The notes under the pieces were generated by a model. It had not been told where the DNA came from. It did not search any database and saw only the letters and a program-made list of their open reading frames with translations. DNA of 64,000 nucleotides from Malacoraja senta (Eukaryota). Of this stretch, positions 25,955 through 37,533 are shown piece after piece; the stretch's first letter is position 1, and each line of letters starts with the position of its first letter. The position numbers and the translations under genes were made by a program. The stretch covers positions 9,488,001 to 9,552,000 of the forward strand of contig CM075996.1 of the NCBI GenBank assembly GCA_038087875.1, written 5' to 3'.

Positions 25955-27601
25955 ATGCAGGGGTCGGGATGTCCGGTGCAGGGGTCGGGGTGTCCAGAGC
26001 AGGGGTCTGTGTGTCCGGGCCAGGGGTCTGGGGCAGGGGTCTGGTTGTCCGGGGCAGGGGTCTGTGTGTCCGGAGCAGGGGTCTGGGGCAGGGGTCTGGG
26101 TGTCCAGAGCAGGGGTCTGTGTGTCCGGGTCTGGTGTCCGGGGCAGGGGTCTGGGTCTGGTGTCCGGGGCAGGGGTCTGGGTGTCTGGATCTGGTGTCCG
26201 GGGCAGGGGTCTGTGTGTCCGGGGCAGGGGTCTGGGTGTCCGGGGCAGGGGTCTGGGTGTCTGTGTCTGGGGCAGGGGTCTGGGTGTCTGGGTCTGGTGT
26301 CCGGGGCAGGGGTCTGGTGTCCGGGGCAGGGGTCTGGGTGTCTGGGTCTGTGTGTCCGGGGCAGGGGTCTGGGTGTCCGGGGCAGGGGTCTGGGTGTCTG
26401 GGTCTGGATGTCCGGGGCAGGGGTCTGGGTGTCCGGGGCAGGGGTCTGGGTGTCCGGGGCAGGGGTCTGGATGTCCGGGGCAGGGGTCTGTGTGTCTGGG
26501 TCTGGTGTCTGGGGCAGGGGTCGGGGTGTCCGGGGCAGGGGTCTGTGTGTCCGGAGCAGGGGTCTGTGTGTCTGGGGCAGGGGTCTGGGTGTCTGGGGCA
26601 GGGGTCTGGGTGTCCGGGGCAGGGGTCTGGGTGTCCGGGGCAGGGGTCTGGGTGTCTGGGGCAGGGGTCTGTGTGTCTGGGGCAGGGGTCAGGGTGTCTG
26701 GGGCAGGGGTCTGGGTGTCTGGGGCAGGGGTCTGTGTGTCCGGAGCAGGGGTCTGTGTGTCTGGGGCAGGGGTCTGGGTGTCCGGGACAGGGGTCTGGGT
26801 GTCCGGGCCAGGGGTCTAGGTGTCCGGGCCAGGGTCTAGGTGTCCGGGGCAGGGGTCTGGGTGTCCGGGCCAGGGGTCTGGGTGTCCGGGCCAGGGGTCT
26901 AGGTGTCCGGGGCAGGGGTCTGGGTGTCTGGGTGTCTGGGGCAGGGGTCTGGGTGTCCGGGCCAGGGGTCTAGGTGTCCGGGGCAGGGGTCTGGGTGTCT
27001 GGGTCGGGGTGTCCGGGGCAGGGGTCGGGGTGTCCGGGGCAGGGGTCTGGGTGTCTGGGTGTCTGGGGCAGGGGTCTGGGTGTCCGGGCCAGGGGTCTAG
27101 GTGTCCGGGGCAGGGGTCTGGGTGTCTGGGTCGGGGTGTCCGGGGCAGGGGTCTGGGTGTCTGGGTCTGGGTGTCCGGGGCAGGGGTCTGGATGTCCGGG
27201 GCAGGGGTCTGGTGTCTGGGGCAGGGGTCGGGGTGTCCGGGGCAGGGGGTCTGTGTGTCCGGAGCAGGGGTCTGTGTGTCTGGGGCAGGGGTCTGGGTGA
27301 GGGGTCTGGGTGTCCGGGGCAGGGGTCTGTGTGTCCGGAGCAGGGGTCTGTGTGTCTGGGTCTGGTGTCTGGGGCAGGGGTCTGGATGTCCGGGGCAGGG
27401 GTCTGTGTGTCTGGGTCTGGTGTCTGGGGCAGGGGTCTGGGTGTCCGGGGCAGGGGTCTGGATGTCCGGGGCAGGGGTCTGTGTGTCTGGGTCTGGTGTC
27501 TGGGGCAGGGGTCTGGGTGTCCGGGGCAGGGGTCTGGGTGTCCGGGGCAGGGGTCTGGTGTCTGGGGCAGGGGTCTGGATGTCCGGGGCAGGGGTCTGTG
27601 T
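25955..27601. repeat. G-rich minisatellite, unit about 20 bp (gtgtccggggcaggggtctgg variants), running into a gap
   Basis: Tandem repetition seen directly; explains the long low-complexity ORFs. Confidence 0.97.
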
Positions 27602-27801
27602 NNNNNNNNNNNNNNNNNNNNNNNNNNNNNNNNNNNNNNNNNNNNNNNNNNNNNNNNNNNNNNNNNNNNNNNNNNNNNNNNNNNNNNNNNNNNNNNNNNN
27701 NNNNNNNNNNNNNNNNNNNNNNNNNNNNNNNNNNNNNNNNNNNNNNNNNNNNNNNNNNNNNNNNNNNNNNNNNNNNNNNNNNNNNNNNNNNNNNNNNNNN
27801 N
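27602..27801. other. Assembly gap (200 N)
   Basis: N run. Confidence 1.
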
Positions 27802-28114
27802 CGGCTTGGGCAAGTTGGGCCGAAGGACCTGTTTCCACACTATGATTTTATAAACCAACTTTCAACAACCAGTGACCCACAACACGATGCTGCTCCCACT
27901 TTGAAAACTGTTCTTGTACTCTCTGAAGAATGTGGTCCCAATCTGCTCGATTCCTCCTTGCTTGGCAGACCCGCTGTCCCTGGAACCAGCCTGGTGAATG
28001 TTTTCTACACTCCCTCTTGGCAAGTAAATCCTTCTCAGGTAAGGAAAGAGAGTCAAAATGTACACAGTACTCCAGCTGCGGTTTTACCGAGGCGCTATAT
28101 AAATGCAAAAAGAT

Positions 28115-29430
28115 AGACACAGCAGCCAGACCAGTGAGTGGATTGTCTGAAGGAAGACTTTCTCCGAGGTGAGTAAAGTTCGGGAGGTTTAAAAAGAGCG
28201 GCAAGAGTCATCCCGGGCAATTACCTGGAAGATCGCAGAGCAGCAGCAGAATCCAGACCAGCGAGTGAGTGGATTGGCTGAAGGAAGGCATCCTAATTAG
28301 TCGAGTGAATAGTTGACTTGATTAGATCAAATTAAGTTCAGGTCTAAGGGAGCAGCCTTGGTGCAGTAAAGTGCGAGTCTTTGGCTCAAGAGTCTTGGTG
28401 AGGTAAAGTGCTAGTCTTTGGGGAGGAGGCTGAGGCTAGGAGGCTACACTTGCATCGGTTGTGTGTTTAATTTAATTTAAATATTTAAACTTGTGATGGC
28501 GGGAATGTTATTGCAGTGCATTTGTTGCAGGATGTGGGAAGTCAGGGGCACTGCTGGTGTCACTGACCACTACACCTGTGGGAACTGTGTCCAGATGCAG
28601 CTCCTCAAGGGCCGAGTTAGGGAACTGGAGCAGCAGCTGGATGACCTGCTGTCCATCCGAGAAGATGAAAGCTTCCTGGACAGGACCTACAGTCAGGTCG
28701 TCACTCCAAGAGTACAGGAGGTGCGACGGGTACAGACAGAAAGAAAGGGGATGAAGTGAGTGCAGGAGACCCCGGTGGAAGTACCTGTTGCGAACAGGTT
28801 CACCCTCTTGGAAGATGTCGAGGCAGACGACGCTTCCAGTCCGAGTGGCGGACAGGTCTGTGACTCGAATCCTAGCGCTGAGACTCGACTGGCGAGACCG
28901 ACGTCAGACAGCCATAGTGGTGGTGATTCCATTGCCCAAGATGCGATGGGGGCAGGAGATTCTGTGGCGACAGGCGAGACTCGAGGAAGGTGTGTTGCCT
29001 CCCTAGTGCCAAGATCCAAGACGTCTCAGACCGACTTCAGTGGGAAGGTGAACAGCCGGAAGTAGTTGTGCATGTAGGCACAAACGACGTGGGTAAGAAG
29101 AGGAAGGAGGTTCTGCAACATGAGTATAGAGAACTAGGCAGGAGGCTGAAAAGCAGGACCTCTAGGGTGGTTATCTCTGGGTTGCTTCCAGTACTTCGTG
29201 CTAGTGAGGGTAGAAACAGGGAGATAGGGGATCTGAATGTGTGGCTGAGGAGTTGGTGCAGGGGGCAGGGATTTAGATTTCTAGATCACTGGAATCTCTT
29301 CTGGTGCAGGGGTTGATGTACAAAAGGGACGGGTTGCACCTTAATTGGAAGGGGACTGACATTTTGGCAGGCAGGTTTGCTAGTGTTACACGGGTGGGTT
29401 TAAACTAAACAGTGGGGGCGTGGAGTCAAC
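28115..29430 (+). mobile_element. CR1-type LINE 5' UTR plus ORF1 (Cys-rich/leucine zipper and SGNH esterase), ORF2 absent
   Basis: CxxCxMW...CxxC...RVRELEQQL, then VVVHVGTND, VVISGLLP, FLDHW, DGLHLN in broken frames. Confidence 0.85.
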
Positions 29431-29554
29431 AATGTGGATGCGTATCCGTGCAGCCAACAGGAATGAGAGTGTAGGAAAGGTCACGTTTAAACTAACAGGG
29501 CAAGGAGATGGTTATATAGTAGTTCATTTAGTATTTTTGTTTGACTCGTATTAT

Positions 29555-29833
29555 GGTCAAGTCAAGTCAAGTCACATTTATTTATATAACACATTTAAAA
29601 AACAACTCTCGTTGGCCAAAGTGCTTTACATTTGTTATAAGAATAGCACAACAAAACAAACTACATACATATATACATGTAGCCCTCACTCAGAGGACGT
29701 CAGGAAAGGCTTGGGAGTATAGATAAGTCTTTAGTCTTGACTTAAAAGAGTCGATGGAGGGGGCGGTTCTGATGGGAAAGGGGATGCTGTTCCACAGTCT
29801 AGGGGCTGCAACCGCAAAGGCGCGGTCGCCCCT
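29555..29833 (-). mobile_element. L2-type LINE 3' end
   Basis: RGDRAFAVAAPRLWNSIP...FKSRLKTYL and a (cttga)n tail. Confidence 0.8.
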
Positions 29834-32605
29834 GTGGTGGGTTTTGTTTCGTTTTATATTTAAAGCAGCTCCATCTCCCTCCCTCCCACAGCACGGCGCT
29901 TCCTCCTTAGCACCCAAAAGAACAGTTTGTGAAAGTTTTGTAAAAGTTTGTGAAAGTTTGCTGCAACTTAATTAAAACGCAAATGCAAACTCCCAGGAGA
30001 AAAAAAAGGGGTGGGGAACCACCGAGGACGAAGGGATATCTCGGCGGGCAGCAGATTGGACTGTTCAGTGAACTTGTGGAACTTCTTCGGCGTTAGAAAC
30101 ATGGTCACACTTGTGTACTGCCTCGGTAAGGGTGGCTATATGATTTTACCGGGTTGTATGCAAAACAAAGCATTTCATTGTATCTAGGTACATGAGACAA
30201 TGATGTATCATTGAGTTGAATCATTGAAACGTTAGTGGCACCGTGATATTGTTTGAGAATGAATCGAATTGTTGGTATAATAAACATAAAGACATCCTGA
30301 TTGTATTTTATGTGTACATTATGAATAAAGTATACTTTTGGAAAGAAGTGTATATATATTTCAGAATGAGAATCACACTTTATTCACCAAGTATGTTTTG
30401 CAACATATGAGGAATTTCATTGGCCAGGTCAGTCATACAATTAAAAGTAACAGATCACTCAAAAACACATTTTAACATGAACATCCACCACAGTGACTCC
30501 TACACATTCCTCACTGTGGTGGAAGGCGGAATAAAGTTAAAGTCCCTTCCTTTAGTTCTTCCTCGGTCGTGGGCCTCAAGCCCCTGTTGACGGGATGATC
30601 TTGACTCCCGTAGCCGGTGGCGTTCGGGCCCTCCGAGTCGAGACGATCCGCTCCCGCATCGGGGGGATGTCAGCTCCCCCACGCCGGGTGATCGAACCTC
30701 GCGATGGGGCTGGTCGAACCTTCCGCGACGTTGGAGCTCCCGACTCTGCCTCACCCGAGACTGCGAGCCCTTGATGTTGATTCCGCGGTGGGTGCGATCC
30801 CAGGCAAGGGATCCGCTCCGATGTTAAGTCTGCGCCCCGCGGTGGGGCTCACGACAGTCCGAGGAGGCCTCCAGCTCCATCAATGGAAGGCCGCAGAGCC
30901 TGGAGAATGTGATCCGAAAATTGATCACATCTCCGGGAAGGTAAGAACTTGAAAAAAAGTTTCCCCCGATCCCCTTCCCCCTCCCCCCCCCCCCCCCACA
31001 TAAAACAAACCGAAGAACATTAAAACAAAAACTTTTAACAAACTAAAAAATAACAAAAAGAATGAAAAAACGAACAGACTGCCGGCAGGGCGGCCATCTC
31101 CCCAGCGCCCCTGGTGGTCTTGAAATGTAATACTTAAAGTCGCCTGGCTGTTTATGTGAATTTTGTTGGTTGCTGCTGATTTGATCTTGTCCAAGAACTG
31201 ATCCACTCTTACAGCTGTCAAGCCCTTTAGGATTTCCTCAGATTCCTCAAACGGTGCTAGATAAATGCAAAGCACTTTTTTTTGCTCGCTGCTTTAAATG
31301 AGTCTGATCCTTAAAATATGGAGACCAAAAATCAGAGTAATGCCTTTAATATATAAGCAGTGAAACACATGACAAGGAGTGCGCCAGAGAAATTACATTG
31401 CATGTGTACAATTTAGATTCAACCCCATTTCCATAATAGCAAACTGCTCTGGTCCCCAAACCTCTTGTTTAGTTCCACGCGAAGCATCGTGAAGTAAACT
31501 GTCAGGTAATTCTGAATGAGGACAATTAGGTGTGTTAGTATTGAATCTCCTCAGCCATCACTGTACTGAAAACTGTCCTTGGATCTCAAATCCCTCATAT
31601 TTATTCAAGAAAAGGGCTAGTGCATTGTCTTGTTGAATTGTGTTTCCAAGTACTAGTGCAGCCCTTATAGGGAGGGGACACCATATTACGTTGACACCAT
31701 GATGTTGAATTCGTTGCTGTCTGTGTGGAGTTTGCGCGTTCTCCCTGTGATGGTGTGGGTTTCCTCCCACAAACCAAAGACGAGCGGGTTTATTGGTTAA
31801 TTGACTTCTGTAAATTGCCCCTGGTGTGCAGGGAGTGGATGAGAAAGTGGTATAACGTAGAACTAGTGTGAATGGGTAATTGATGGTCGGCATGGACTTA
31901 GTGGGCCGAAGGGACATGTTTCCTTGATGAAGTTTTCAATCCAGCACGGTGCCTTGCAGCGCCAGAGATCCGGGTTCAATCCTGTGACCGCGTGGGTTTT
32001 CTCCCATAGTCCAAAGACATAGTCCATAGTACAGCCTTGCAGGTTAATTGGTTTAGTAAAATTGTAAATTGTCGTTAGTGTGTGTAGGACAGTGTTAGTG
32101 TGCGGGATCGCTGGTCGGCGCGGACTCGGTGGGCCAAAGGGCCTGTTTCCTCGCTGTATCTCCAAACTATACTAAACAATCTTGGTGGCTGAACGTATTT
32201 CTAAGTGGTTAAGAAAGAACAGCAGATGCTGGAAAAATCACAGGTAGACAAAAATGCTGGAGAAACTCAGCGGGTGAGGCAGCATCTATGGAGCGAAGGA
32301 ATAGGCGACGTTTTGGGTCGAGACCTTTCTTCAGGCCTCAACCCGAAACGTCGCCTATTCCTTCGCTCCATAGATGCTGCCTCACCCGTTGAGTTTCTCC
32401 AGCATTTTTGTCATATTTCTAAGTGGGGTAACTCGGGGCTCATCTTGAAATCTTGCTGTGGTTTGGTCGCAGGTGCTGAAGGTAACTCGGTCGTGGGGGG
32501 AGAGAGGGGGCAACGAAGAGAAGCAGGAGATTGGCAGCTATTAGTTTCACTCTTCACATGCCCATGTCCCACTTGGGCAGGAGTGCAAAGAACAGGGCAG
32601 TCAGC

Positions 32606-32786
32606 TCAGGTGGTCATTTCCGAGTAAGTGTAGCCGAACGCCAGCGAGCTCTTCATGAAGTCTTGGTTGGACACCACTGGGATAAAAGGTGGCATCGTAT
32701 CATCGGCGCGGTGGCCGTGTGGGATGGAAGGATCCCGCGGATAAATGGAGTTTCCTGGGTGGGAACGAAGCCACATCTCAAAGATC
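32606..32786 (-). CDS. Tyrosinase-family protein, exon 4, terminal (IFEMWLRSHPGNSIYPRDPSIPHGHRADDTMPPFIPVVSNQDFMKSSLAFGYTYSEMTT*)
   Basis: Polypyrimidine tract then atgtggcag|G ATC TTT. Matches TYR exon 4 motifs IFEqWL, PiGH, MvPFIP, lGYxY. TGA at 32608-32606 with no GT donor between GYTY and the stop. Confidence 0.9.
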
Positions 32787-32824
32787 CTGCCACATTGTTG
32801 ACAGAGGTGAGAAAGAAAAAAAAA

Positions 32825-35710
32825 GACCATAATCAATCCTTAATATGATAAGTTTTAATCTACAATTGGAGAGGGAGAAGGGTAAATCGGAGGTGTCAGT
32901 ATTACAGTTGAAAAAAGGGGACTATGGAGCCATGAGGGAGGAACTGGCCAAAGTTGACTGGAAAGATACCTTAGCAAGGATGACAGTGGAACAAAAATGG
33001 CAGGTATTTCTGGGAATAATACAGAAGGTGCAGGATCAGTTCATTCCAAAGAGGAAGAAAGATTCCAACAGGAGTAAGGGGCGACCGTGGCTGACAAAGG
33101 ACGTCAGGGACAATAAAAATAAAAGAGACGTACAAGATAGTAAAGATGAGCGGGAAGCCAGAGGATTGGGTAACGTTTAAAGAGCAACACAAGATAACTA
33201 AAAAGGCAATACGGGGAGAAAAGATGAGGTACGAAGGTAAGCTCACCAAGAATATAAAGGAGGATAGTAAAAGCTTCTTTAGGTATGTGAAGAGGAAAAA
33301 AATAGTTAAGACCAAAGTTAGACCCATAAAAGACTGAAAAAGGTTAATTTATTATTGGGAACAAGGAAATGGCAGATGAGTTGAACAGGTACTTTGGATC
33401 TGTCTTCACTAAGGAGGACACAAACAATCTTGTTTAAGAAGGAACTGCAGATGCTGGAAAATCGAAGGTAGACAAAAGTGCTGGAGAAACTCAGAAGGTG
33501 CAGCAGCATCTATGGAGCGACGTTTATCTAATAGGCAACGTTTCGGGCCGAAACCCTTCTTCAGTCTGATGGAGGGTGGGGGGAAGGGGGGGCGGGGAGA
33601 AGAAAGGAAAAAGGAAGAGGAGGAGCCCGAGGGCTGAGGGAGAGCTAAGAAGGGGGGAGACAGCAAGGGCTACTGGAAATGGGAGAATTCAATGTTTATG
33701 CCACTAGGGTGCAGACTGCCCAAGCGGAATATGAGGTGCTGTTCCTCCAATTTCCGGTGGTGCTCACTCTGGCCATGGAGGAGGCCCAGGACAGAGAGGT
33801 CGGATTCGGAATGGGAGGGGGAGTTGAAGTGCTGAGCCACCGGGAGGTCAGGTTGGTTAATGCGGACCGAGCGGAGGTGTTCGGCGAAACGATCGCCAAG
33901 CCTACGCTTGGTCTCACCGATGTAGATCAGCTGACATCTAGAGCAGCGGATGCAATAGATGAGGTTGGAGGAGATGCAGGTGAACCTTTGTCGCACCTGG
34001 AACAACTGTTTGGGTCCTTGAATGGAGTCGAGGGGGGAGCGACAATCTTCCTGATGTACTAGTGGCCAGAGGATATGGGGTGATGGAGGAACTGAAGGAA
34101 ATCCACATTAGGCAGGAAATGGTGTTGGGTAGACTGATGGGACTGAAGGCTGATAAATGCCCAGGGCCTGATGGTCTGCATCCCAGGGTATTTAAGGAAG
34201 TGGCTCTAGAAATTGTGGAAGCATTGGTGATAATTTTCCCAATGTTCTATAGACTCAGGATCAGTTCCTGTGGATTGGAGGGTAACTAATGTTATCCCAC
34301 TCTTCAAGAAAGACGGAAGAGAGAAAACGGAATTATAGACCAGTTAGCCTGACGTCGGTGGTGGGGAAGATGCTGGAGTCAATCATAAAAGATGAAATAG
34401 CGGCACATTTGGATAGCAGTAACAGGATCGGTCCGAGTCAGCATGGATTTACGAAGGGGATATCATGCTTGACTAATCTTCTGGAATTTTGTGAGGATGT
34501 AACTAGGAAAATGGACAAGGGAGAGCTAGTGGATGTAGTGTACCTGGACTTTCAGAAAGCCTTTGATAAGGTCCCACATAGGAGATTAGTGGGCAAAATT
34601 AGGGCACATGGTATTGGGGGTAGAGTGCTGACATGGATAGAAAACTGGTTGGCAGACAGGAAACAAAGAGTAGGGATTAACGGCCCTTTCAGAATGGCAG
34701 GCAGTGACTAGTGGGTACCACAAGGCTCGGTGCTGGGACCGCAGCTATTTACAATATACATCAATGATTTAGATGAAGGGATTACAAGTAACATTAGCAA
34801 ATTTGCAGATCACACAAAGCTGGGTGGTAGTGTGAACTGTGAGGAGGATGCTATGAGAATGCAGGGTGACTTGGACAGGTTGGGAGAGTGAGCAGATGCA
34901 TTGCAGATGAAGTTTAATGTGGATAAATGTGAGGTTATCCACTTTGGTAGCAAAAACAGGAAGGCAGATTACTATCTAAATGGTGTTGTTGGGAAAGGGG
35001 GGAGTACAACGGGATCTGGGGGTCCTTGTTCATCAATCACTGAAAGTAAGCATGCAGGTACAGCAGGCAGTGAAGAAGGCGAATGGCATGTTGGCCTTTA
35101 TAACAAGAGGAGTTGGGTATAGGAGCAAAGAGGTCCTTCTACAGTTGTACAGGGCCCTAGTGAGACCACACCTGGAGTATTGTGTGCAGTTTTGGTCTCC
35201 AAATTTGAGGAAGGATATTCTTGCTATTGAGGGAGTGCAGCGTAGGTTAATTCCCAGGATGGCGGGACTGTCATATGCTGAGAGAATGGAGCAGCTGGGC
35301 CTGTACACTCTGGAATTTAGAAGGATGAGAGGATATCTTATTGAAATATATAAGATTATTAAAGTTTTGGACACGCTAGAGGCAGGAAAACATGTTCCTG
35401 ATGTTGGGGGAGTCCAGAACCAGGGGCCGCAGTTTAAGAATAAGGGGTAAGGCATTTAGAACAGAGATGAAGAAACACAGAGAGTGGTGAGTCTGTGGAA
35501 TTCTCTGCCTCAGAGGGCTGTGGAGGCTGGTTCTCTGGATACTTTCAACAGAGAGCTAAATAGGGCTTTTAAAGATAGCGGAGTCAGGGGATATGGGGAG
35601 AAGGCAGGAACGGGGTATTAATTGTGGATGATCAGCCATCACATTGAATGGCGGTGCAGGCTCGAAGGGCCGAAAGGCCTACTCCTGCACCTACTGCCTA
35701 TTGTCTATAA
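32825..35710 (+). mobile_element. CR1/HER1-like LINE, ORF2 3' portion, in intron 3 of the tyrosinase-like gene
   Basis: [37 protein letters not shown] and a ctattgt tail; frameshifted. Confidence 0.92.
33432..34041 (-). mobile_element. Penelope-like element 3' part (GIY-YIG plus terminal repeat) nested in a CR1 LINE
   Basis: ORF 33670-34005 NLIYCIRCSRCQLIYIGETKRR. TSD acaatctt at 33424-33431 and 34042-34049. Confidence 0.9.
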
Positions 35711-36872
35711 TCTGATTTCCAGTCTAGGCTCCCCTTCCCTGGCTCCGAGGCTTCCCATCACAACCCACAATGGAGCACCAGTGACTCCTTCAAGTTGCAG
35801 GAGGAGGACATCGTTCAACCCCTCAGGCCGAATAATGTCTAATGTGTATAAAATCATGAGAGGAAAAGATCGGGTGGACGCACAGAGTCTCTTGCCCAGT
35901 AGGGGAATCGAGAACCAGAAAGCATAGGTTTAAGGTGAAGGGGGAAAGATTTTAAAGGAATCTGCAGGGTAACCTTTTCAAACAATGGGTGGTGGGTGTA
36001 TAGAACGAGCTGCCAGAGGAGGTAGGTGAGGCAGGGACTATTGCAACATTTAAGAAACAATTAGACAGGTACATGGATAGGACAAGTGTAGAGGGGTATG
36101 GGCCAAATGCAGGCAGATGGGACTAGTGTAGCTGGGGCATGTTGGCCGATGTGGGCAAGTTGGGCCGAAGGGCCTGTTTCAACGCTGGGTGACTGTATGT
36201 CTGCTGCCCGGCATTGGCTCCTGGTTTATCTCCCTGATCCAAACCCCTCCAGATCTCTCACTCCTTCTCACTTTCCTTCTCCGTCTATGAGAACTCCCTA
36301 TTTCCATATCCCAGATTCCAATTGTCGCATTGGCAACTGCAGCTCCACCAGCTCCTGTGTAGTGTCTCTGCTCCTGCCCACTTACCTTCCAGCTTCTGCA
36401 AGATACTCCTTAATGTCTGTTGACAACTTGCCCCAAACAATCCTGCTGGGCTCCGTGTCAGAACTTGCACGATAAAGTTTCAATATCCCTTGGGGTGATT
36501 ATTTCCACTAGTGGGAGAGTCTAGGACCAGTGATCATAGCCTCAGAATTAAAGGACGTTCCTTTAGGTAGGAGATGAGGAGGAATTGCTTTAGTCAGAGG
36601 GTGGTGAATCTGTGGAATTCATTGCCACAGAAAGCTGTGGAGGCCAAGTCAACAGATATTTTTAAGGCAGAGATAGATAGATTCTTGATTAGTACGGGTG
36701 TCAGGGGTTATGGGGAGAAAGCAGGAGAATGGGGTTAAGAGGGAAAGATAGATCATCCATGATTGAATGACGGAGTAGACTTGATGGGCCAAATGGCCTA
36801 ATTCTGCTCCTACCACTTATGAACATGAACTTAATATAATGTTAAAGACACCAAGTAAATGTAAAGTCTTAC

Positions 36873-37014
36873 TTGTCGATGTAGGCGTGATGAGATAGGA
36901 AGAGAGGGTCGTTGGCCGAATAAGCCGCATTTGACATTGTCCCACCGCAGAAATAATGAACCATGTTGTGCATGCTGGGGTGGAAGGTCTGGGGGTCACT
37001 AGGCAGCAGGAACC
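36873..37014 (-). CDS. Tyrosinase-family protein, exon 3, CuB site (GFLLPSDPQTFHPSMHNMVHYFCGGTMSNAAYSANDPLFLSHHAYIDK)
   Basis: tgctcccag|GG...GAC AA|gtaaga, 142 bp, phase 1 to 2. HNxxH...SANDPxF...HH CuB motif. This frame is not in the ORF track. Confidence 0.95.
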
Positions 37015-37110
37015 CTGGGAGCAGAGGATAAGGCCATCAGTTTAGCAACAGAAAAGTCATTCAGCCCTGAAGCTGAAACACAGCATGAGGCACATGTACC
37101 ACCTCTAACC

Positions 37111-37270
37111 TCATCTACTACATCCCAGTGTTCCCAATGTGGCCTCCTTTACATCGGCGACACCAAGCATACACCAGGCCACTGTATCGCCCAAAACTTG
37201 CACTCGTTCCGCCAAGGTCTGCTGGGACCATTTGAACCATTTGAACTCCTCTTCCCATTCTGATCTTTCT
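37111..37270 (+). mobile_element. Degenerate Penelope GIY-YIG fragment (related pieces at 37740-38130, 22140-22260, 22660-22810)
   Basis: acctctaacctcatctactacatcc...tacatcggcgacaccaagc resembles the intact copies. Confidence 0.6.
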
Positions 37271-37328
37271 ACAGGCGACTCATTTTCCCTTTTCCATGGG
37301 ATCTTGCTGTGTGCGCGTGGCCACTCAC

Positions 37329-37533
37329 CCTCCAGCGTGTTGCGGAAGGATCCCAGGGCGTGCTCGTTGTAGGGGTGCGTGTCATAGATGGGCAGGAGAA
37401 GGCTCGAGCGCACGTCCTGTAGGGTGGGCAGCTCGCCGCTCACGGACGGCGTGCGGCGGATGAGGCGCTTGGGACCCGGCGGGCAAACCAGCTCAAAGTC
37501 CAGCTCGTGGGAGCTCTCTTCCAAACAGAACGT
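37329..37533 (-). CDS. Tyrosinase-family protein, exon 2 (TFCLEESSHELDFELVCPPGPKRLIRRTPSVSGELPTLQDVRSSLLLPIYDTHPYNEHALGSFRNTLE)
   Basis: cttgtag|ACG...GAG G|gtgagt, 205 bp, phase 0 to 1. SFRNTLEG is the tyrosinase-family motif. Confidence 0.95.

Noticed and set aside
25788..28116. Long Gly/Val/Cys/Arg repeat ORFs resembling keratin-associated or structural proteins
   Set aside because: Open in nearly all frames because a stop-free 20-bp satellite is being translated; the unit length is not a multiple of 3.
32555..32612. Short hydrophobic stretch (PELTALFFALLPKW) in another frame after the tyrosinase-like stop, a possible hidden membrane anchor
   Set aside because: Too short for a TM helix and it needs an indel where there is no homopolymer. 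Still worth checking in reads.
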